From Candidatus Poriferihabitaceae bacterium (GTDB lineage Bacteria > Pseudomonadota > Gammaproteobacteria > Arenicellales > Poriferihabitantaceae), in contig OZ243919.1 in NCBI GenBank assembly GCA_965213885.1, positions 1,372,692 to 1,436,691 on the forward strand: a DNA stretch of 64,000 nucleotides, in the 5' to 3' direction. How positions within the stretch are numbered: the stretch's first letter is position 1; every line of letters begins with the position of its first letter. The notes below the pieces were generated by a model. It made no database searches. It was not told the DNA's origin and was given only the letters and a program-made list of their open reading frames with translations. Position numbers and translations under genes: made by a program. Positions 57,282 through 64,000 of the stretch are shown here, one piece after another.

Positions 57282-58265
57282 TTAGATTTTCAGCACAATT
57301 TTCCCGAAATGACCCGATGTTTCCATCAGGCGATGGGCACTGGCTGCCTCCCTCAGCGGAAATTCATGGGAAACGAGCGGCGTGATGGCGCCCGAGGCAA
57401 ACAGTCCGAGGACCCGATCGCGGAAGTCACCGATGATTTCCACCTTCTCCGCAATGGACCTTGGCCGAAGTACCGACCCGGTGATCTGCTGCCGTTTGAC
57501 CATCATCAGCGCAAGGTTGACTTCCCCGCGTGTCCCGCTGGTCACGCCGATGATGACCAGACGCCCATACACCGCAAGGGACTTCAGATTCTTCTGCAGG
57601 TACTCCGCGCCGACATGATCCAGAATCACGTCGACGCCCCTGCCCCCCGTGATTTCCTTGATCTCCTCGTCGAATGCGGATTGCCGGTAGTCAATGACAT
57701 GCTGTGCACCGAGCTTACGCACGCTGTCGACCTTGCCACTGGACGCTGTGACGAACAGGGGACTCCCGGGCGCCAGCTGTCTGCAGAGCTGAATCGCCGC
57801 GGTGTTCACGCCCCCGCCGCCGCCATGAAGCAGGGCGGACTCCCCATCCCTCATTCCCGCCAGGCGGAACAGATTGAGAAATGCCGTGATGTAGGTTTCG
57901 CAGACGCAGGCCGCCTGTCCGAAAGTCATGTTCTCCGGTATCGCCATCAGGTGCCCGGAGTGGGCAACGGCGAATTCCGCATAGCCGCCACCACCGATCA
58001 ACGCCATCACCCGGTCACCACGCCCCCAGTCCGTGACATCTTCGCCGACGGATTCGATGGTCCCGGCCACCTCAAGCCCCAGGATCTCCGATTCACCCCG
58101 TGGCGGATGGTAGTTGCCCTGTCGCTGGACGATGTCGGGACGGTTGACCGATGTTGCCGCCACCCGGATCAGCACCTGGTTCGCGCCGGGTTCCGGCATG
58201 CTCGTCTCACCGTAATGCATGCATTCGGGTCCGCCGAATCCGTCCAGTAGAATCGCTTTCATCAT
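57282..58265 (-). CDS. NAD(P)H:quinone oxidoreductase, MDR/zeta-crystallin (PIG3-like) family
   Basis: 327 aa. RVAATSVNRPDIVQRQGNYHPP and GGGGGVNTAAIQL. Confidence 0.85.
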   Translation of the reverse strand: MMKAILLDGFGGPECMHYGETSMPEPGANQVLIRVAATSVNRPDIVQRQGNYHPPRGESEILGLEVAGTIESVGEDVTDWGRGDRVMALIGGGGYAEFAVAHSGHLMAIPENMTFGQAACVCETYITAFLNLFRLAGMRDGESALLHGGGGGVNTAAIQLCRQLAPGSPLFVTASSGKVDSVRKLGAQHVIDYRQSAFDEEIKEITGGRGVDVILDHVGAEYLQKNLKSLAVYGRLVIIGVTSGTRGEVNLALMMVKRQQITGSVLRPRSIAEKVEIIGDFRDRVLGLFASGAITPLVSHEFPLREAASAHRLMETSGHFGKIVLKI

Positions 58266-59689
58266 CAGTCTATTGTGGCCACGTGCAGGGAATTCGTGGT
58301 ACCGGAAATCCCGAAGGGAATGCCGGCGGCAATGATGATGTTGTCTCCGGACACCGCGAACCCCTCCCGCACGGAGATTTCCTTGGCTGCATCAAGAACG
58401 GTCAACAGGTTCGCATCCGCGTTAGCCACGTCGGTCACCACGGGATGAACGCCCCAGACCATGCTGAGGTAACGGGCGGTGCGCAGTTCGGGGGTGATGC
58501 CGAGGATAGGGGCATCCGGTCGTTCCCTGGCAGCGCGGATGCTGGTGCTTCCGGAAGTGGTGTAGGTCACCGTAACCGTCGAAGACAGGATTCCTGTGAC
58601 GGTCTGCAACGCGTTGCAGATGGCATCGGCAGCAGTACTGTCCGGTTGCGGTCGCTGTGCATCGATAATATTCCTGTACAGAATATCCTGTTCCACGGAA
58701 TGGATAATGCTGTCCATCATGGCCACTGATTCCACCGGATAATCCCCTGCAGCGGATTCCGCGGACAGCATGACGGCGTCCGCACCATCATATACCGAAT
58801 TGGCGACATCAGACGCCTCGGCACGGGTGGGGACCGGTGCATGCACCATGGAATCGAGCATGTGGGTCGCGATCACCACCGGTTTGCCGTCGCGCCGGCA
58901 ACAGCGAACGATCTCCTTTTGCGCCACCGGCACCTGCTGGGGCGGCAATTCCACCCCCAAATCTCCCCTGGCAACCATGGCTCCGTCACAAAGGTCGAGG
59001 ATGCTGTCCAGGTTCTCCAGGGCCGAGGGCTTTTCCAGCTTGACCATGATGGCCGCCTGATCCCCCACCAGATCACGCAGTTCCCGAACGTCCTCGGGTT
59101 GCTGCACGAAGGATTGGGCGACCCAGTCCACCCCGAGTGAAAGCCCGTATTCGATATCCGCACGGTCTTTTTCGGTGATGACCGATATGGGCAGGATCAC
59201 GCCGGGGACATTGACACCCTTGTGGCTGCTGACTTCTCCCCGCACGAGCACCTCGGTCAGGGCGGATTCGCCATCGCACTCGAGCACCCCGAGCTTCACC
59301 CGTCCATCATTGACAAGCAGTTCCTTTCCGGGGCTGAGAGATGCAAAGATCTCGGGATGAGGCAGATTGACCCGGTCCTTCCCCCCCTCCGTCGGATCCA
59401 GGTCCAGTCGGAACCTCTGGCCCTTGGAAAGCCAGGTCGGTCCCCCGGAAAAACTGCCCAGCCGGAGCTTGGGGCCCTGGATATCCAGAAGAATGCCAAT
59501 GGGCCTTCCGGTTTCCTGCTCGATGCGGCGAATGGTGCGGTGACGCTCGGCATGGTCATGGTGTGTGCCGTGACTGAAGTTCAGCCGGAACACGTCAACG
59601 CCGGCGTCGAATAGCCGGCGGATCACATCCTCGCCGGAGCTTGCCGGTCCCAGCGTGGCGATGATCTTGGCCTTGCGGTGTCTTCTCAT
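58265..59689 (-). CDS. pyk: Pyruvate kinase
   Basis: MRRHRKAKIIATLGPAS..., MVARGDLGVELP and FRLNFSHG. I prefer the start at M38 of the track ORF (474 aa). Confidence 0.92.
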   Translation of the reverse strand: MRRHRKAKIIATLGPASSGEDVIRRLFDAGVDVFRLNFSHGTHHDHAERHRTIRRIEQETGRPIGILLDIQGPKLRLGSFSGGPTWLSKGQRFRLDLDPTEGGKDRVNLPHPEIFASLSPGKELLVNDGRVKLGVLECDGESALTEVLVRGEVSSHKGVNVPGVILPISVITEKDRADIEYGLSLGVDWVAQSFVQQPEDVRELRDLVGDQAAIMVKLEKPSALENLDSILDLCDGAMVARGDLGVELPPQQVPVAQKEIVRCCRRDGKPVVIATHMLDSMVHAPVPTRAEASDVANSVYDGADAVMLSAESAAGDYPVESVAMMDSIIHSVEQDILYRNIIDAQRPQPDSTAADAICNALQTVTGILSSTVTVTYTTSGSTSIRAARERPDAPILGITPELRTARYLSMVWGVHPVVTDVANADANLLTVLDAAKEISVREGFAVSGDNIIIAAGIPFGISGTTNSLHVATID

Positions 59690-59854
59690 GACCGGGGGGA
59701 TATGGGAAACGAATTCCGGATGGTAGCAGAGGAATATTACATGCTCGGGATTTTCAAGCGTATTTTCGGCAGGCCGGCCATGATTCCGGCACCTGGACAC
59801 CGTTGAAGCAGGCGCATGGGCCGGAAGCCGGTCAGACCAGAATCCGGCAACTCC

Positions 59855-61714
59855 TCAGAAAATGAGATTCAGCATGATGATCTCCGTCACCAGAAACATG
59901 ATGGTCATGAAACCACCGGCACGCATGAAATCCATCACACTATATCCTCCGGGACCCATGATCAGGGCATTGACCTGGTGCGTCGGAATGAGAAAGGAGT
60001 TACTGGTGGACAGGGCCACCGTCAATGCGAACACTGCGGGGTTGGCTCCGGCGCCGATGGCCATGTTCACCGCTAGGGGTACCAGAAGCACAGTAGCCCC
60101 GACGTTCGACATAACGAGGGTGAAAGCCGTCGCCAGCACCGCCAGTACCGACTGCAGTACCCAGATGGGAACGCCGTCCAGCAGCAGCAGGACCTGCTGG
60201 GCAACCCAGGCGGCAGTGCCTGACTGGTCAACAGCCATACCAAGCGGTATCAGGCTGGCCAGGAGAAACACACTCTGCCAGCCGATCGCGCGATAAGCCT
60301 CGTCGATCTTGATGACCCCGGAAACGATCATACCCACGGCTCCAGCCATCAGCGCCACCGACAGCCGGATATCCGTGAACAGGATCATCACCAACGTGAT
60401 CAGGAAAAAGCCGATCGCGTATTTGGTCTTTTCGGGGCGTTCATCTTCCCTCGGGAAGTCCGTCACAACCACGAAATCGTGCCGGTTGTCAGAGATGCCC
60501 TTGAGGTCATTCCAGCTGACATGCAGCACCAGCGTATCTCCCGACTGCAGCACCAGGTCGGGCAGATCGATGTCGATCACATCATCGGCACGAAAGACCG
60601 TCAGCACCGTGGCTCCAAACCGCTTGCGTATCTCGACCTCCTTGATCGACTTGCCGATCATGGAGGAATCCGGCGGGACGACCACCTCGGCGATCCCCGC
60701 GCTGCTTGCGTTCAGCACTTCCGCGAAAACGTCCAGTTCGCTCTTGACACGCAGCGCATATTCATCCGCAAACCTCATCACCGCCTCCCTGCGGCCCATG
60801 ATGGCGATTTCGCTGCCCACCCAGAATTCGGTGTCTCCTCTCGGCGCCACGGTCATTTCATTACCGTCACGAACCGCAACAATCCAGCCGGCCCGGCCGG
60901 CAGCATCGACGTCCGACAGGAATTTGCCGATCAGGGGGCTGTCCCGGGTGATCCGGCATTCATAGACTTCCCCTTCGATTCCGTATACTTCCTTGAAATA
61001 GCGGAGCATGCTCCCGGATTCGCCCGGCTTGTCCTTGATGACCGGAAGCACAAACCGCCCGGCAATCAAGAAATAGCCAATTCCACATGCCAGCAGCACA
61101 ATACCGATCGGAGTCACGTCGAACAGATCAAAGGTCTCCATCTGCGGAACACCCGCCGGCAACACCTGGTTGGAGCTGTGAATCAGATCGTTGAGCAGTA
61201 TCAGCGGGCTTGAGCCGATCATGGTGATGGTGCCACCCAGAATGGCACAGAATCCCATCGGCATCAGCAATCGGGAAATTGCGAGATTCCCACGACGGGC
61301 AATTCGGTTGACCACCGGAAGAAACAGTGCGGCAGCACCGATATTCTGCATGAAGCTGGAAATGATTCCGACCACCGCAGAAACGATGGTGATCACCCTG
61401 CCCTCGGTACTCCCGCCGTAACGGAGTATTTTCCCGGCGAGTTGCCCCATCATTCCGGTCCGGTCCAAACCCGCCCCGATGATCATCACCGCAATGATGG
61501 AGATCACCGCATTGCTGGAGTAGCCATCAAACAGATGCTCCATCGGGACCAGGCCTTCGTAGCCGGGAATCAGCCCGCTAAGGCCGATCAGCACCATGAT
61601 CAGGACTGCCGCGACATCCACCCGCACCACTTCGAATGCGAACAGGTAAACCGTCAACAGCAATATTCCCATGACCGCGATCATCTCGCCGGTCAGGTGC
61701 AACATTTCAGTCAA
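59855..61714 (-). CDS. SLC13/DASS-family anion (di/tricarboxylate or sulfate) transporter with two central TrkA-C domains
   Basis: 619 aa. Two hydrophobic halves flank about 180 aa of TrkA-C-like sequence (GKFLSDVD...VAVRDGNEM; GKSIKEVEIRKRFGATVLTVFR). Confidence 0.88.
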   Translation of the reverse strand: MTEMLHLTGEMIAVMGILLLTVYLFAFEVVRVDVAAVLIMVLIGLSGLIPGYEGLVPMEHLFDGYSSNAVISIIAVMIIGAGLDRTGMMGQLAGKILRYGGSTEGRVITIVSAVVGIISSFMQNIGAAALFLPVVNRIARRGNLAISRLLMPMGFCAILGGTITMIGSSPLILLNDLIHSSNQVLPAGVPQMETFDLFDVTPIGIVLLACGIGYFLIAGRFVLPVIKDKPGESGSMLRYFKEVYGIEGEVYECRITRDSPLIGKFLSDVDAAGRAGWIVAVRDGNEMTVAPRGDTEFWVGSEIAIMGRREAVMRFADEYALRVKSELDVFAEVLNASSAGIAEVVVPPDSSMIGKSIKEVEIRKRFGATVLTVFRADDVIDIDLPDLVLQSGDTLVLHVSWNDLKGISDNRHDFVVVTDFPREDERPEKTKYAIGFFLITLVMILFTDIRLSVALMAGAVGMIVSGVIKIDEAYRAIGWQSVFLLASLIPLGMAVDQSGTAAWVAQQVLLLLDGVPIWVLQSVLAVLATAFTLVMSNVGATVLLVPLAVNMAIGAGANPAVFALTVALSTSNSFLIPTHQVNALIMGPGGYSVMDFMRAGGFMTIMFLVTEIIMLNLIF

Positions 61715-62149
61715 AAATCTCTCCGAGGATGCTGGTGCTTGTTTCAGGCCCCCTCAATCCGGGCCCTCCCCATTCCGGGGAAATCGCCTCCCTGGCCGGA
61801 TCGTCGGACAGTCTACCATCATCCTAAGGTACAGACGTAAATTTGTCTGGAAATCCAAGGATTTTGAACCCAAAATTATTTTTCTCTAGGTATAGATGGG
61901 ATTAGGTATCATGCAAGCGCAAGGGGAGGATCAAATGGTTGAATTCTGCATGGATAACATCCCGCTTCATACGTAAGGACAGAAACTGGTGCGAACAAAT
62001 AATCGATGGAGATTTGTGCCAGGAAGACTTCAAGGCATTGTTTTTACTGGAATTTCCTCCTGTGCATGGGACGGCAAGAATCAAAGGACCATGATGTTGC
62101 ATGCCTTCGGGAAATTGCACATCGACAATGCCCTGGGACAGAATCGGCA

Positions 62150-62620
62150 CCCTACATCCGGGTGGGTTCCGACAACATCGGCATGATCGCATCCGGCTCG
62201 CCCGGGAATGACACCTCGTTCAGCGTCAGCGTGGTCAGGTCATCAATCAGTGTGCGGAGGCTGTGCACCGGCAGGCCGTCTTCGGTGCATTGGCTGTCCG
62301 CCCTGGCTTTGGCACGCGCAGAGACTCGGGACGTCTCCACCAGGCTGGCGCGGACAGCCCATGCACCCTCCCGGTCATCATCTTCGAACAGCACCGGTGC
62401 CAGCGCCTGTCGCATGTGCCATTTGACATGGAGCGCCAGCATGACAGGAACACATGTCCCCGGACATGATCAGCCGAATAAACGTGCATCGGGCGGATCC
62501 CCAGATCGGTCCTGGCATTCCTGAATGCCCACTCCACCATGGCGAGGTCCTTGTACGCCCAAACGACACCTCGTGGTGGCACTCTTGCGCTTCACATAAT
62601 CCTTCACCGCCATCCAACTG
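62150..62620 (-). pseudogene. C-terminal remnant of an IS1634/IS4-like DDE transposase, frameshifted and N-terminally truncated
   Basis: Two overlapping frames read ...AYKDLAMVEWAFRNARTDLGIRPMHVYSADHVRGHVFLS and then MLALHVKWHMRQALAPVLFEDDD...TEDGLPVHSLRTLIDDLTTL. I recall this as the conserved C-terminal block of IS1634-type transposases. I saw no N-terminal part and no terminal inverted repeats. Confidence 0.6.
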
Positions 62621-62669
62621 GATAGAAGACTTGCACCTCCAAGCTGCCAGTCATGCTCGGCACACCACG

Positions 62670-62698
62670 AAAAACCCCGGCGACCGAAGTCGCCGGGG
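62670..62698 (-). terminator. Rho-independent terminator of the lipoprotein gene
   Basis: On the - strand: CCCCGGCGAC-ttcg-GTCGCCGGGG (perfect 10-bp GC stem) followed by TTTTT, 20 nt after the stop at 62719. Confidence 0.8.
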
Positions 62699-62718
62699 AG
62701 CGTGCCACGGAATGTATA

Positions 62719-63876
62719 CTACCTTTTCGCGTCGAAAGCGCCAACCGCAGCGCCGTCGCTGTATCGCAAAGCCATACTCCCGACATAGCCTTCGGGTTGA
62801 CCGCCGGCGAAATAGTTCCCGCGTCCGTCGTTGAAGCGAACGCCATAGGCTTGGGCCACCCAATATCCGTCAGATGTACCGTCGGTAGTTACCGTGAAGG
62901 TTCCATCGGGGTTTGTATTTAGCGTAGCGGCTACCCACGCCGGGTTGGCTCCGGCTCCACTGAAACCGCTGACCGTTCCGACTATTTCTCCAGGATCTTC
63001 TCCATCGCCGTAATTGGCACGCAAGGTAACGTCCGCAGTAAACCTACCAGCTTTGTCTTTGTGGTAGGCATAGCCCTTTACATCGCCGGTATAAGTAGCG
63101 GTTCCCGTATATTCCATGGCTAAATTCGGCGCCTCAATTTTTCCGGCAGGAGCATCAGACCGGCTTGTCAGTAGGTCATCGTTTGGATCGTCCGGATCAT
63201 GCCCGTCGATCAGCCATACCCCGTAGTTTTCGGCCGTATCCATGTTGTCGGGATGTGGATCGGGGACACCAACGATGTTGATTGCGTACAGAATCGCAGT
63301 TCTGATCCGATCAGCTTCTATTGCGAGTGGGTTCAGTGTAGTCAGGCGGTCGTCAACAAGAGAAAACAACGCCTGTCGTTGTTCTTGAGTCAAGCTGCGA
63401 TAGCCTTCATCAGAGTCATTATGAAACATGGTATCGACAGCTACAAGTTCGGCTTTCGTGGTCGCCCCCCAAAGCTGCATTTCCATGCGTTCGCAACCGG
63501 CATGGCCCATGCAGACCGACGCGCCGCCATTGCCTGGATTGTTGCCACCGGCACTGCCTGAATTGTTGCCGCCGGCACTGCTGGAACCTGAACCGCCACC
63601 AGTGTTGCCCCCATCGGTGCTGTCACCGCCATTGCCGGAGCCGTCACTTCCGCCACTGTCACCGGTTCCGCCTCCAGAGTCTCCCCCGGTGTTCCCACCG
63701 GTGTTTCCACCCGTACCGCTGCCGGAAGACGGCATCATGTCGTTGTCATCATCATTGCCGTTTCCGTTTCCGTTTCCGCCGCCTCCGCCGCAGGCGGCCA
63801 GCAGCAGGCTAAGGAACAAGGCAGCGAGGACCGACCTGACCGTGTTCTGCGCACAACGTTTTTGGTGTTTCATCAT
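62719..63876 (-). CDS. Surface/outer-membrane lipoprotein with a long Gly/Ser/Asn/Asp-rich linker and a C-terminal TbpB-like (handle/beta-barrel) domain
   Basis: The lipobox LLLAAC|GGGGG follows MMKHQKRCAQNTVRSVLAALFLS. A low-complexity linker of about 100 aa follows. The C-terminus (YTGTATYTGDVKGYAY...GRFTADVTLRANYG...IVGTVSGF...GAAVGAFDAKR) fits the TbpB/fHbp-type beta-barrel pattern. Confidence 0.7.
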   Translation of the reverse strand: MMKHQKRCAQNTVRSVLAALFLSLLLAACGGGGGNGNGNGNDDDNDMMPSSGSGTGGNTGGNTGGDSGGGTGDSGGSDGSGNGGDSTDGGNTGGGSGSSSAGGNNSGSAGGNNPGNGGASVCMGHAGCERMEMQLWGATTKAELVAVDTMFHNDSDEGYRSLTQEQRQALFSLVDDRLTTLNPLAIEADRIRTAILYAINIVGVPDPHPDNMDTAENYGVWLIDGHDPDDPNDDLLTSRSDAPAGKIEAPNLAMEYTGTATYTGDVKGYAYHKDKAGRFTADVTLRANYGDGEDPGEIVGTVSGFSGAGANPAWVAATLNTNPDGTFTVTTDGTSDGYWVAQAYGVRFNDGRGNYFAGGQPEGYVGSMALRYSDGAAVGAFDAKR

Positions 63877-64000
63877 CTTGCCTCTGGATTGATACCGATA
63901 ATTCGTCTTAATGGGGCCAATACACCTGCCCGCCCCGGCAGGAGTGCGTCCGGTCATCCTGCGGAAGACCTTGATCCCGGCGATCCCACAACTCAATAAT

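Overview
GC-rich bacterial chromosome segment. The mreBCD-mrdA / gatCAB arrangement and the uvrA / MFS-ssb arrangement suggest a gammaproteobacterium (inference from gene order only). Most of the window is recognisable core and metabolic genes. The order from the left edge is as follows.

- mrdA (partial), mreDCB and gatCAB.
- A Zrg-like zinc-uptake ABC cluster: DUF3299, permease, ATPase, and a DUF2796 protein with an (HEE)11 tract. It has a near-consensus Zur box upstream.
- tRNA-Ser(GGA), pdxH, a SAM methyltransferase, and an orphan AAA-ATPase-like/PD-(D/E)XK gene.
- A 1931-codon Calx-beta/FN3 autotransporter.
- ssb, an MFS gene and uvrA.
- A long, mostly minus-strand C1/C2/dicarboxylate block: two-subunit NAD-type formate dehydrogenase, sucCD, an FAH-family gene, aceK/aceA, malic enzyme, panE-like, usp, fhs, a stand-alone formyltransferase, frc, an oxc-like gene, GntR, tctCBA, a second divergent sucCD-like pair, qor, pyk and a DASS transporter.
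- An accessory right end: a transposase remnant and a TbpB-like lipoprotein.

The most interesting observations are these.

1. A perfect (GGCTC)13 pentanucleotide tract sits between an ATG and the signal-peptide coding region of the giant autotransporter. The ATG is out of frame by an amount that one repeat loss or two gains would correct, which is an Opa-like ON/OFF architecture.
2. A 16-19 nt operator-like motif (TGGTATnTGGTATAC) recurs at three promoters and links the GntR/tct/oxalate cluster to sucCD/FAH.
3. The arrangement frc, oxc-like, ALDH1L1-N-like formyltransferase, fhs suggests a possible formyl-CoA to formyl-THF route.
4. A decayed mobile-element scar carries an AbiE toxin-antitoxin pair.

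I saw no rRNA, CRISPR array, intact IS or integrase. Many long ORFs in the track are antisense artefacts of the high GC content.
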